The notes: generated by a model not told the origin, from the sequence alone. Positions 32,388 to 43,223 are shown, counted from the first letter of the stretch. The stretch is 64,000 bases of DNA from an uncultured Chloroflexia bacterium (GCA_963814375.1 CAWFCQ010000004.1:32001-96000), one strand, 5' to 3'. Program-made: numbers and translations.

Positions 32388-34701
32388 CCTGCGCGAGCGC
32401 TTCCTGTACCCGCGCGCCGGCTGGCTGAGCCTCGGCCTGCTCGTGATCATGGCCCTGGCCGTGGCGTGGTCGGTGCAGGCCGCGCGATTGATCGAGCAGA
32501 TGGAATTCCTGGCGCCGCTCGCCGTCTGGGCGGTGCTGCTCGGGGCTCTCCTCGGCATGCTGCGGCTCAGCATCGTAATCACCCTGCCCCTCGGCGCCGT
32601 CGCCGGTGCGGCGCTCGTGCTGTGGTCCGTCGGCGGGGAATATTTCACCGAGCTCGAGCAGGGCGGTCGCCTGCTCGCCCTGCGGACGGACCTCCTCGAC
32701 TGGTTCGTGATCGTCGTGCGCATCGGCTATCCGCCGCAGATGGCCCCGTATGCCATCGGCCTCGGCGTCCTCATGTTCGCGACCGCCTTCGCGGCCGCGT
32801 ACGCGGTCTACCGCCACCACCGCGTCCTCGACGCCATCCTGCTCCTGGGCGCCGCGGTCATCATCAACATGTCGGCGATCGACGCCGACAACTTCGGGCA
32901 GCTCCTCCTCTTCGTGGTCGCCGCCCTGCTGCTCTGGCTGCGCGCCTCGCTGGTCGACCGCCAGGACGGATGGCAGCGCCGTCGGGTGAACGAGAACCTG
33001 GAGGTGCCAGCGGCGATCATGCGCTCCGGCGTGCTCTTCGCCGGCGCGAGCGTGGCCCTGGCCTGGATCCTGACCACCGTTGCCGTCGCGGCACCCCTGA
33101 CCGACGCATGGCGCAGCCTCGACGGAGCGTGGACCGGCGTCCGCGATCAGTTCGAGGGCGTCTTCGGCAGCCTCACCAACCCACAGTCGCGCATCAGCGG
33201 CAATACGTTCGGGCCATCCTTCGTGGTCCAGGGCGAGTGGGTGAGCGTCGACGCCGAGGCCATGGTCGTCGCCGCCCCGCGTCCTCTCTACATGCGGACG
33301 GTGACGCACGACACGTACACCGGGCGTGGCTGGGACACGCTCCGACCATTCGAGCGCCGGCCAGTTGCCGCCGGTGATGAAGTCTTCGCGGAGCCGACCA
33401 CCGAGCGCCCCCTCGTCGCCGCGGCGGTCGAGGTCGCGCTCATCCAGGTCGAGATGCGCAAGACGATCGGCCGCAACCTCTTCACCGCCGGCTCGCCGCT
33501 GTACGTTTACGCGCCGAGCGTCGTGGTCGAGCCGAACGGCGAGCCGCTGCTCGCGGGAATCGAGCACCCCAACCCGCTGGGCACCGGCGAGTCGTACGAG
33601 CTGGAGGTCGCTATCTCCACGGCTACCGAGGCGGAGCTGAGCGCCGCGCCAGCCGAGTACCCGCGAGAGGTGGCCGCGCTGTACCTCGACACAACGCGGG
33701 TGACCGATCGAGTCGCGGAGCTGGCGGCGCAGGTGACGGCGGGCGCGACCTCCCAGTACCAGCGCGCGAAGATGCTGGCCGACTTCCTCTCGCGCGACGC
33801 GAGCTTCAGCTATGCCACCCAGGCGCCGCTGCCGCCCGTCGGCCAGGACCTCGTCGACTTCTTCCTCTTCGATCCTGCGTCGAACCGTACCGGGTTCTGC
33901 CAGCACTTCGCCAGTGCCATGGCGATCATGGCCCGCTCGGTGGGGCTGCCCGCCAGGGTCGCGGTCGGCTTCGCGCCGGGTGAACGCATCGCCGACGACA
34001 CGTATCTCGTCCGCGACGCGAACGCCCACGCCTGGGTGGAGATCTACTTCCCCGGCTACGGGTGGCAGATCTTCGAGGCCACGAAGTCGATCGACTCGGG
34101 CTTCGCCCGCGCGACGGGGGACCCGGCAACGGCTCTCCCGCCCCAGCTGCTGCCCGGAATCGACCCACTGCTGGACGGCGAGGTGCGACGACAGCGCGGA
34201 GCGGGGACCAACGTCAGCGTCCTGCCGTCGCCTGATCTCGTCGAGGGAGCGGTCGACCCATCGAACCCGAACGCCGGGCCGACCGAGAGCGACGAGGGCT
34301 CGAGGACGCGCAACGCAGTGCTCATCGGAGTCCTGGCGGTCGTCGCCGGCGTTGTCATCTGGATGCGGATGCGGGCCACACAACGGCGCTGGCGGCTCCT
34401 GCCCGCCGGAGACCGAGCATGGCGCCAGCTCACTGCCGCCGCCGGCCGTGCCGGGGTGGGTCCACGTCCCTCCGAGACGATCTACGAGTACGCCGGCTGG
34501 CTGGAGGAACAGCTGCCGGCCCATTCCGAGCCGATCCGGACCGTTGCCGACGGCAAGGTCTGGCAGGCCTATTCGGGACGACGGATGACGCGAACCATGG
34601 CCGAGAAGCTCCAGGCCGCCCTCGGCAAGCTGCGGCTTCCGCTGGTCGGCCTCGCCATCCGGCGGCGGTTCGGCCGCGAGGGCCGCGACCGCCGTTCCTA
34701 G
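32380..34701 (+). CDS. Membrane transglutaminase-like protein (TgpA type)
   Basis: Multiple N-terminal TMs, catalytic GFCQHFASAM, ARVAVGF, AHAWVE, C-terminal TM and SET..EYA motif. Confidence 0.9.
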   Translation: MPDLRERFLYPRAGWLSLGLLVIMALAVAWSVQAARLIEQMEFLAPLAVWAVLLGALLGMLRLSIVITLPLGAVAGAALVLWSVGGEYFTELEQGGRLLALRTDLLDWFVIVVRIGYPPQMAPYAIGLGVLMFATAFAAAYAVYRHHRVLDAILLLGAAVIINMSAIDADNFGQLLLFVVAALLLWLRASLVDRQDGWQRRRVNENLEVPAAIMRSGVLFAGASVALAWILTTVAVAAPLTDAWRSLDGAWTGVRDQFEGVFGSLTNPQSRISGNTFGPSFVVQGEWVSVDAEAMVVAAPRPLYMRTVTHDTYTGRGWDTLRPFERRPVAAGDEVFAEPTTERPLVAAAVEVALIQVEMRKTIGRNLFTAGSPLYVYAPSVVVEPNGEPLLAGIEHPNPLGTGESYELEVAISTATEAELSAAPAEYPREVAALYLDTTRVTDRVAELAAQVTAGATSQYQRAKMLADFLSRDASFSYATQAPLPPVGQDLVDFFLFDPASNRTGFCQHFASAMAIMARSVGLPARVAVGFAPGERIADDTYLVRDANAHAWVEIYFPGYGWQIFEATKSIDSGFARATGDPATALPPQLLPGIDPLLDGEVRRQRGAGTNVSVLPSPDLVEGAVDPSNPNAGPTESDEGSRTRNAVLIGVLAVVAGVVIWMRMRATQRRWRLLPAGDRAWRQLTAAAGRAGVGPRPSETIYEYAGWLEEQLPAHSEPIRTVADGKVWQAYSGRRMTRTMAEKLQAALGKLRLPLVGLAIRRRFGREGRDRRS

Positions 34702-35366
34702 AGCGCCAGCGGCCGTCCCTCCGACTCGTCAACGTGCGTGGGCTCCTGGCCGAGCAGGTGGAGCGTGTCGTTCCACCGGTCGAGCCGCCACCCGTTCTCG
34801 ACCCGCGTGGCCACCGAGATCGACGCGTTGTCGACGTCGAGCGCCCGGGTGCTGCCGCCGTTCAGGTCGAGCACGAGGTGCGCCAGGATGCGCAGCGTCC
34901 CGCCGTGACTGACCAGGCACACCGGCCAGCCTTCCGCGGCGTCGATAGTCGTCAGCAGGTCGGCCACCCGGCGGGTCGCCGCCTCGATCGGCTCACCGCC
35001 CGGCGGCTGTCGGATGCCCGATGCGCTGCGCCAGGCGAGGTACCGGTCCGCGTCCTCGGCCTCCAGCTCGGCGTGCGTGCGACCCTCCCACTCTCCCTGT
35101 CCGATCTCGATCAGCCGTGGATCCGCCTCGACTTCGACCCCGGTCGCGGCGCCGATCCCATCCGCGGTCTCCAGCGCTCGCCGAAGGCTCGACGAGACGA
35201 TCCGGGCGGGGCGCATCTCGGGATCGGTCGCGATGCGGTCGCCGGCGAGAAGCGCCTCGTGGCGACCAGCGTCCGATAGAGGCGGGTCGAGATGGCCCTG
35301 GAAGCGGCCCTCGCGGTTCCAGTCGGTGACGCCGTGACGGACGAGGATGAGCCGCCGATCGGTCAC
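34698..35366 (-). CDS. Histidine phosphatase family protein
   Basis: LVRHGVTDWN..RFQG..D.PL, SSSLRRA, EIGQGEWEG, VSHGG. GTGA overlap with the upstream gene. Confidence 0.9.
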   Translation of the reverse strand: MTDRRLILVRHGVTDWNREGRFQGHLDPPLSDAGRHEALLAGDRIATDPEMRPARIVSSSLRRALETADGIGAATGVEVEADPRLIEIGQGEWEGRTHAELEAEDADRYLAWRSASGIRQPPGGEPIEAATRRVADLLTTIDAAEGWPVCLVSHGGTLRILAHLVLDLNGGSTRALDVDNASISVATRVENGWRLDRWNDTLHLLGQEPTHVDESEGRPLAL

Positions 35367-36529
35367 CGGCTGGCGAGTGTCGCCGTGAAGCTGGCCTCGT
35401 TCGCCTCTCGTGTGGCGGCCGCCGCGGCCGTCGGATCGGTCGCGTGGCCGAACTCGACCAGGGTCGCGCCCATCGTGTCGATGGCTTCCGCCATCTCGTC
35501 GATCCCCACGTCGCCCATGTGCCCGAAGCGCAGGATCTTGCCGATCCACTTGCCCTGCCCACCGGCGATGACGAGGCCCCTGGCGCGCATGGCGGCGTTG
35601 AACGGCGCCCAGTCGACGCCGTCGGGCACCCAGGCCGCGGTCACCGTGGCCGATCGATCGGCCGGCGCGGCCACGAGGCGCAGGCCGAGCGCCTCCATTC
35701 CGGCCGCGACCGCCGAAGCCATCGCCGCGTGGCGCTTCCAGGTGAGCTCGCGGCCCTCGGCCATGAGAGCCCGGACACCGACGCGCAGCCCATACAGCAC
35801 CGCGATCGCTGGTGTCCACGGCGTCTGGCCCTTCCCGGCCCACTCGCGGGCCTCGCCGAGATCCCAGTAGAACCGGGGCATGCGTGCGGTCTTGGTCGCC
35901 TCCCAGGCACGCTCCGAGAGGGCGGCGATCGCGATCCCCGGCGAAGCGTTCCATGCCTTCTGGCTGGCGCTGACGACGAGGTCCACGCCCATCTCGCCCA
36001 TGTCGAAGGGGATGGCACCCAGGCCGCTGATCCCGTCGACCAGCGTGAGTGGCTGCCCCGGCGCCTCGCGCACGGCGCGCACGAGATCCTCAAGCGGGTT
36101 GACGACGCCGGTCGACGTCTCGTTGTGGGTCAGCAGGACCGCCCGGTACGGTTCGGACCGCGCCAGGTGCTCAGCCAGCACATCGGGGCTCGCGCTCGTG
36201 CCCCACTCGGCGGCAACGGTGGTGACATCCGCACCGAAGACCGTGGCGATGTTCGCGAAGCGGTCCCCGAAGGCGCCGATGTTCACCGACAGCACCCGGT
36301 CGCCGGGCGATAGCGTGTTCACCACGGCCGCCTCGAGGGCGCCGGATCCCGATCCGGTCAGGAGCAGCGCGCCCTCGGGAGCACCGATCAGCTCGCCGAT
36401 GCCCGTCGAGATCTCGCCGAGCATCTCGCCGAACTCGCTGCCGCGGTGGTCGACCATCTGCTGCGCCTGCGCCTCGCGGACGGCGGGCGGGATGGGGATC
36501 GGGCCGGGTGTCCGCAGATTCTGATCCAT
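35363..36529 (-). CDS. Class V PLP aminotransferase (alanine-glyoxylate/serine-pyruvate/phosphoserine type)
   Basis: TPGP, DHR, GSGSGALEA, HNETSTG, VDGISG, SQK (PLP Lys), RFGHMG. TATGAT lies 7 nt before the ATG. Confidence 0.9.
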   Translation of the reverse strand: MDQNLRTPGPIPIPPAVREAQAQQMVDHRGSEFGEMLGEISTGIGELIGAPEGALLLTGSGSGALEAAVVNTLSPGDRVLSVNIGAFGDRFANIATVFGADVTTVAAEWGTSASPDVLAEHLARSEPYRAVLLTHNETSTGVVNPLEDLVRAVREAPGQPLTLVDGISGLGAIPFDMGEMGVDLVVSASQKAWNASPGIAIAALSERAWEATKTARMPRFYWDLGEAREWAGKGQTPWTPAIAVLYGLRVGVRALMAEGRELTWKRHAAMASAVAAGMEALGLRLVAAPADRSATVTAAWVPDGVDWAPFNAAMRARGLVIAGGQGKWIGKILRFGHMGDVGIDEMAEAIDTMGATLVEFGHATDPTAAAAATREANEASFTATLASR

Positions 36530-36563
36530 GGCCGGCATCATAATCGGCGCATGGAGCAGACCG

Positions 36564-37918
<1,355 letters not shown>

Positions 37919-37922
<4 letters not shown>

Positions 37923-38262
37923 CCGACGATCCCCGTGGCGGTGAAGACGAACCAGGCCAGGAACAGCAGCCCGAACATCGCGGCGGTCAGGATCGCGATG
38001 TTGCGCAGATCCCGCTCCACGTAGTGATAGTCGGCGCGCTCGCGATCGGTCAGCGTTGAGCCCGCACCGGCGCCCGCGCCGACCGTCGCTCGCGCGACCC
38101 GTCGGGAAGCGGGCTGGCAGCCGCCTCGACCTCGTCCACCGTGACGGCGGAGGTCACGGCGGAAGTCGCCGCAGCGGCCTCGGCGCCGGCCGTCGAAACG
38201 GGGCGCTGGGTGCGGCGCTGGCGGGCCTTGCGGCTGGCGGCCTTGCCTTGTCGTCGGGCCAT
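37919..38262 (-). CDS. Small tail-anchored membrane protein (frameshift near 38105)
   Basis: Basic N-terminus MARRQGKAASRK after GAGGA. A second frame encodes STLTDRERADYHYVERDLRNIAILTAAMFGLLFLAWFVFTATGIVG* (stop 37919-37921). The 344-nt span implies one missing base. Confidence 0.65.
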
Positions 38263-38343
38263 CGGTTCCTCGTTGCTGGGCGGGTGCGTGGCACGTCGCG
38301 ATCGGGTCGACGACCGCGGGGCGGCTATGATACCGCCGTTTTC

Positions 38344-38853
38344 ATGGCCGATCTGAACGAGCTCCTGTCCGAGAACCTGGCCATCGCCTTCGGCGTGCTC
38401 GCGGCCCTCGTGATCCTCCTCCTCATCGTCGTCGTGGTCCAGAGCGCGCGCCTGAGCCGTGCCATGCGCTCGTACCGCGAGCTCGTGCGCGACGGCGAGA
38501 CGGGCTCGCTCCACGACCGCCTGGTGGGATCGGCGGAGCAGGCCGTCCGCGCATCGGAGCGGATGGGTGAGATCGAGTCGGTTCAGGGCATCCTCGAGCA
38601 GCGCAGCGTGCGGAGCCTCCAGCACATCGGCCTCGTGCGCTTCAACCCGTTCGACGACACCGGCGGAGACCAGAGCTTCGCGATCGCGCTTCTCAACGAC
38701 GCACGCGACGGGGTCGTCGTCAGCTCGCTCCACGGCCGCGCCAACACGCGTGTCTTTGCGAAGCCGGTAGAAAACGGGGATTCGTCGCACAACCTCTCGG
38801 ACGAGGAGACGCAGGCGATCCGGATCGCGCTCGAGGGGACGCAGGGCGGGTGA
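38344..38853 (+). CDS. DUF4446-like membrane-anchored protein
   Basis: N-terminal TM, then GLVRFNPFDDTGGDQSFAIALL...GVVVSSLHGR..TRVFAKPV..G.S...LS.EE. Confidence 0.85.
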   Translation: MADLNELLSENLAIAFGVLAALVILLLIVVVVQSARLSRAMRSYRELVRDGETGSLHDRLVGSAEQAVRASERMGEIESVQGILEQRSVRSLQHIGLVRFNPFDDTGGDQSFAIALLNDARDGVVVSSLHGRANTRVFAKPVENGDSSHNLSDEETQAIRIALEGTQGG

Positions 38854-39531
38854 CGATCGGGGCGATCGACCCCGAGCAGCGACGCGTGGCCGAGCGGCTC
38901 GTCCTGGCAGCGCTGCGCCGCTTCCATAAGGAGCAGCCGCTCTCCGCCGACCTTCGAATGGACGCGCTCGTCACACGCGTGCGCTCGGCCGCCGGGCGCA
39001 AGCCACCGCCTCGCCACCGCGGCTCGACCCCGCTCACCCTCGAGGACGCCGAGCTTCGACGCGTCATCGAGGAGATGGCCGATGACGGCCGCCTCGCCCG
39101 CCACGGTCGCCGAATCGGCCTGCGGGAGGCGCGTCCCGAGCCTCGATCCCGAGATGGCGGAGCGGGTCGACCGGCTGCTCGAGGGTCTCCGGTCCGCCGG
39201 TGCCGAACCCCCGCGCGTGGACGGCCTCGCGGCACGGCTCGGGATCACGCCGCCCGTGATCGACCAGCTGCGCGCCGGCGGGGTGCTGCGCCAGATCGCG
39301 CCAGGGATCGACTACCCGGCCGATGTGTGGTCCGCCCTCAGCGCCCGGGTCGCCGACATGTCCGGACCGATCTCGGTGGGGCGCCTGCGGGACGCGCTCC
39401 ACACCAGCCGTCGCCACGCCGAGGCGATCCTGGGGGCCCTCGCGAGCGACCCCGCTACGCGAAGCCGAGGCGCACCAGGGCGGCGTCGGCCGGCGGGCAC
39501 CCGTCGTCCGCGGCCAGCCTCGCCTCCCTGA
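38850..39531 (+). CDS. Standalone SelB C-terminal winged-helix-like protein (frameshift near 39136)
   Basis: ALRRFHKEQPL resembles SelB WH1, EPP resembles WH3, RLRDALHTSRRHA resembles WH4 RD.LG.SRKY. There is no GTPase domain. An extra C in CCC at 39135-39137 splits the frames. Confidence 0.6.
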
Positions 39532-41470
39532 AGGCGGCCGCAGCCGCCCCGCGATCCCCGCGCTCCTCGTGGCGCGAACCGATCGCGAGCATGAGATCGA
39601 CGAATCGAGCTCGGAGGAGCGCGCGCCGATCCTCGACGTGGGCGCCATCACCGTAGAACGGGCAGTCGTCGAGGTAGTCCCCGCGGTAGAGGCTGCGCGC
39701 CTCGGTCAGCGCCGCCAAGGCGGCGGCCGGATCGGCGGCGCCGAAGGCATCGGTGAGGCGCTGCTCGAAGGTGATGACGTCACTCCATGCGACCACCGAT
39801 GGGTCGAGGCGGTATCGGTCATTCGAGAAGCCGATGGCCTTCGATCCCTGCCGCTGGCCACGGCCTGGCTCGATGGTGCGCCGCAGGCCGCCGAGCGTGC
39901 GGTGGAAGGCGAGGTCTGCGCGGTCGAGGTCGACGTCCGGCCAGATGAGCTCGATCGCCTCGTCCTTGGTCACGCCGCGCTCTCCGCGGTCGAAGAGAAA
40001 CGCGAAGAGCGCCTCGGCCTGGCGCGTGCCGGCCTTCTCTCCGCCCCACTGGCGGATGAGCTCGCCTTCGCGTTCGGCACGGAGAGGACCGAGTGCGAAC
40101 ACGTGCAGCCCACCTCGAGCGGCTATGTCCTGTGACGCCTCGAGGGCTCCGTGCAGACGACGCCCGCTGGTGGTGACCGCGGCCCGCTCGCGTGACAGCC
40201 GCTCCAGGTCGCGAGCCTGCTCCGCCTGCCGGGCGCCGAGCTCGAGGCTGGCGGCGAGGTAGCCGGTCGCCATCTCGAGCACCTCGCGCTCCGCCGACGT
40301 GAACGGCAGGCCGGACTCCTTGAGCCCGAATGCGACAGATCCGTAGGTCGTGCGGTCGCGTTCGAGCGAGAGCTCCAAGGTGGGCGAGCCGACGGTCCCG
40401 GTCGAGGCGATCGTCTCGCCTGTCGTGGTCCGCGCCTCGGCGCCGGAGAGGCCCATCGTGCGCGCCAGCTGGCCAAGCGCCGGCTCGATGGCGTCTTCCG
40501 GCCTCCGCGTCGTCAGCACACCCTCGCCGAGCGCGCGGAGCAGCCGGTCGTACGTCGGGTCGCCCTCGCCGGAGGACAGCCAGAGGCGCACTCGAGCCGC
40601 CACCGGCTCGAAGACGGCGACCGTCGCCACGAGCGCGAGGCCGATGACAATCGGGATATCGATGGCGAGCGCCCGCCGCACGACGCTGTCGAGTCCGAGG
40701 AGGATGCCGACGTAGAGGGTGACGCCAAGACCGGCCAGCACCGAGAGACGGAACGCGCGGCCGGCGATCTCCGGTGGGAAGAAGATGCCCTGCGCAAAGA
40801 CGGCGTAGGAGGCGAGGACGACCGACAGCGTGACGAGCGAGACGCCGATCCACGGGTCGTTGTCCGAGAACGGTGGCGCGATGCGCAGGACGCCGCCGAT
40901 CGTCCCGATGACGAGCGCGAGCAGCGTGACCTGGAGCTGACGCCGGCGGGCTCTGTCAGGGCCGACGTCGCGGATGGCGAGGGCAACCCATGCGATCGCC
41001 GCGCAGAAGATCGCGACGCGAAACGCGATCCATGCCCAGCCCACCACCTCGCCGGAGACGCCGGGGAACGAGAGGTGCGGCGGGGCGACGCGCGGCTCGA
41101 GGTCGGGGGCCACGACGGTGAGCGCGACGACCGCGATCGAGATCGTCCAGAAGCCGACGAGCGAGATCGCCAGCCATCTCGGCGTCAGTCGCTCGACGGT
41201 CAGCGCGGTCGCCACGGTCAGCACCGCCGGTGGCAGGAGCGAGGCGCCGGCGACCTCGAACCACCTCGCCACCTCGTCGACCGCCGGATCGGTCGTGAGC
41301 CGCCGCACGATGATCGACAGCGACCACAGCACCAGCAGCGCGGCAAGCACACCGAAAGCGCGCGCGCCCGCACGGCGTGGCGCCCGCAGGCCGACCGTGA
41401 GGCCGATCCACGTCGCCAGCATCGCCGTCGCGCCGTGCGCGACGACCTCGAGCTGCTCGGGCATGCCCAT
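39455..41470 (-). CDS. Membrane-bound SARP-family regulator: 7TM sensor region + GAF-like + wHTH + BTAD
   Basis: About 8-9 hydrophobic helices in the N-terminal ~270 aa, then YGSVAFGLKESGLPFTSAEREVL (GAF-like), LHVFALGPLR, IELIWPD, LRRTIEP, YRLD, WSDV..FE, SLYRGDYLDD. TACGGT lies 6 nt before the ATG at 41470. Confidence 0.85.
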   Translation of the reverse strand: MGMPEQLEVVAHGATAMLATWIGLTVGLRAPRRAGARAFGVLAALLVLWSLSIIVRRLTTDPAVDEVARWFEVAGASLLPPAVLTVATALTVERLTPRWLAISLVGFWTISIAVVALTVVAPDLEPRVAPPHLSFPGVSGEVVGWAWIAFRVAIFCAAIAWVALAIRDVGPDRARRRQLQVTLLALVIGTIGGVLRIAPPFSDNDPWIGVSLVTLSVVLASYAVFAQGIFFPPEIAGRAFRLSVLAGLGVTLYVGILLGLDSVVRRALAIDIPIVIGLALVATVAVFEPVAARVRLWLSSGEGDPTYDRLLRALGEGVLTTRRPEDAIEPALGQLARTMGLSGAEARTTTGETIASTGTVGSPTLELSLERDRTTYGSVAFGLKESGLPFTSAEREVLEMATGYLAASLELGARQAEQARDLERLSRERAAVTTSGRRLHGALEASQDIAARGGLHVFALGPLRAEREGELIRQWGGEKAGTRQAEALFAFLFDRGERGVTKDEAIELIWPDVDLDRADLAFHRTLGGLRRTIEPGRGQRQGSKAIGFSNDRYRLDPSVVAWSDVITFEQRLTDAFGAADPAAALAALTEARSLYRGDYLDDCPFYGDGAHVEDRRALLRARFVDLMLAIGSRHEERGDRGAAAAAFREARLAADDGCPPADAALVRLGFA

Positions 41471-41509
41471 CGGCGCACCGTACTCGTCGGTCGCCGGCGC
41501 GACAAGGCA

Positions 41510-41526
41510 CCGCAGTCGTGCCGCAG
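41510..41526. promoter_or_regulatory. Possible SARP/OmpR-type direct repeat
   Basis: CCGCAG at 41510 and 41521 (11-bp period) in the divergent intergenic region. Confidence 0.3.
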
Positions 41527-41594
41527 AGGCCCGATGCGAAGGTCCGGTCACGCAGCGCCCACCGAGCGGAGGGCGGCGAAGCAGGAGACGACCG

Positions 41595-43150
41595 ATGATG
41601 ACCGTCACCGAGGTTCCGGCAAGAACGACCGCCATCCCGCGCCGCCTGCGCATCGGCAACGTGGTGCTTGCCATGGTGGATGTCGTTCTGCGAGTCGTTG
41701 CCCAGCGATTCGGAACCATGCGCTGGACCCTGGAGCGGACACCGCCGGCATGGTCAACCGCCCTCTCCCATGCGAGAGCGCTGCGGACCGCTCGCGAGGC
41801 GGCCCGTCGGGTGCCGGCCTACCGCGACCATCTGGAGCGTTATGGGATCGACCCCACTCGAATCGGCAGCCTCGACGAGCTGCCCGAGACCGACAAGGGG
41901 TCATACATCGATCCGAATCCATTGCCGTCGCGCTGCCTTGATGGCCGGCTCCCGCTGGTCGGAACGACGATCGACGAGTCGTCCGGCTCGACCGGGACGC
42001 CGTACAACTGGGTGCGCGGCGCAGCGGAGCGGGACCACGTGCGGCGTATGATCGGCTTCTTCGCGCGCTACTCGTTCGGGCCAGAGCCGCTCGTCGTGCT
42101 GAACGCCTTTTCCATGGGCGCGTGGGCGACGGGGATGACCACGGCCATCGCCCTCGAGCGCAACGGCCTGGTCAAGGCCACCGGCCCGCATGTCGACAAG
42201 ATCATCGGCACCATGCGCCAGCTCGGCCCGAGCTATCGGTACCTGATCGTCGGCTACCCGCCGTTTCTCAAGCTGCTCCTCGACGAGGGGGACGCGCGCG
42301 GCTTCGAATGGAGCGCGTACACGATGCACGCCCTGCTCGGCGGAGAGGGCAACTCAGAGGGCCTCCGCGATTACCTCCTGCGTCGGTTCCGCAGCGTGGT
42401 GTCGGGCTACGGTGCGACCGACGTCGAGATCGGTCTAGCCGCCGAGACGCCCGTCACCGTGGCCCTGCGGCGCCTGGCCCTGGAGCGGAGGGAGATCGCG
42501 GAGGCCCTCTTCGGTGACGCTGACCGTGTGCCGATGGTGTTCCAGTACAACCCGATGCTCCACCACGTCGAGACGAACGCCCGAGGCGAGCTGCTCTTCA
42601 CCGTCTGCCGTTCAGGGACGCTGTCCCCCAAGGTCCGATACAACGTCCACGACGAGGGCGGCGTCCTGCGCGACGACGAGCTCCGTCGACGGCTCGCTCC
42701 GTTCGGGATCACGCCCGAGTCGCTGGCTCCCGCCGGCTTCGGTCGCCTCGTCCGTATGCCGTACCTGTTCGTCTTCGGACGGGCAGACTCGACGGTCTCG
42801 GTCATGGGCGCGAACATCTATCCCGCCGACGTCGAGGGCGGCATCTACGCCGATTCGGCCCTGGCGGGTCACGTTCGCTCCTTCCGCCTCTCGCTGCTCG
42901 AGGAGCGCCCGGGTGAGACGAGGCCGCTCGTCTCGATCGAGCTCGAGCGCGGGCGAGCCGTCGGAGGAGCTGGCCTCGGCGCTCGCGGCGCAGATCGAGG
43001 CCCACCTGCTGGCAACGAACACCGACTATCGCGAGGCCGTCGGCGAGTACCCCGAGCTCATGGTGCCGGTCGTGCAGGCTGCTTCGCAGCCGAGACAGGG
43101 CCCGTTCGCAGGGAAGTGGCGATCGCATCAAGCATCGGTACGTCGGCTGA
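41595..43150 (+). CDS. Phenylacetate-CoA-ligase (PaaK/CapK/IaaL)-like adenylate-forming enzyme (frameshifts near 42952 and 43075-43117)
   Basis: VPAYRDHL, LPETDK..Y, ESSGSTGTP P-loop, GYPPFLK, GGEG, YGATD, RYNVHD.G, GRAD..VSVMGANIYP. The likely C-terminus GDRIKHRYVG* ends at 43150. AGGAG RBS. Confidence 0.82.
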
Positions 43151-43223
43151 GCGCGACACCCGACCTGTCCGGTAAGTCGCCGATAAGCACGGGGTGAATC
43201 GGTCCTCCGTTACCATCGGCGAA

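Noticed and set aside
38850-43150. Selenoprotein or SECIS element near the SelB-like gene
   Set aside because: No in-frame TGA was seen at a catalytic position in neighbouring genes, and there is no selC tRNA in the window.
43179-43186. GCCGATAA as a sigma-28/WhiG -10 element
   Set aside because: No TAAA-like -35 occurs at the correct spacing, and a standard TACCAT box explains the downstream gene.
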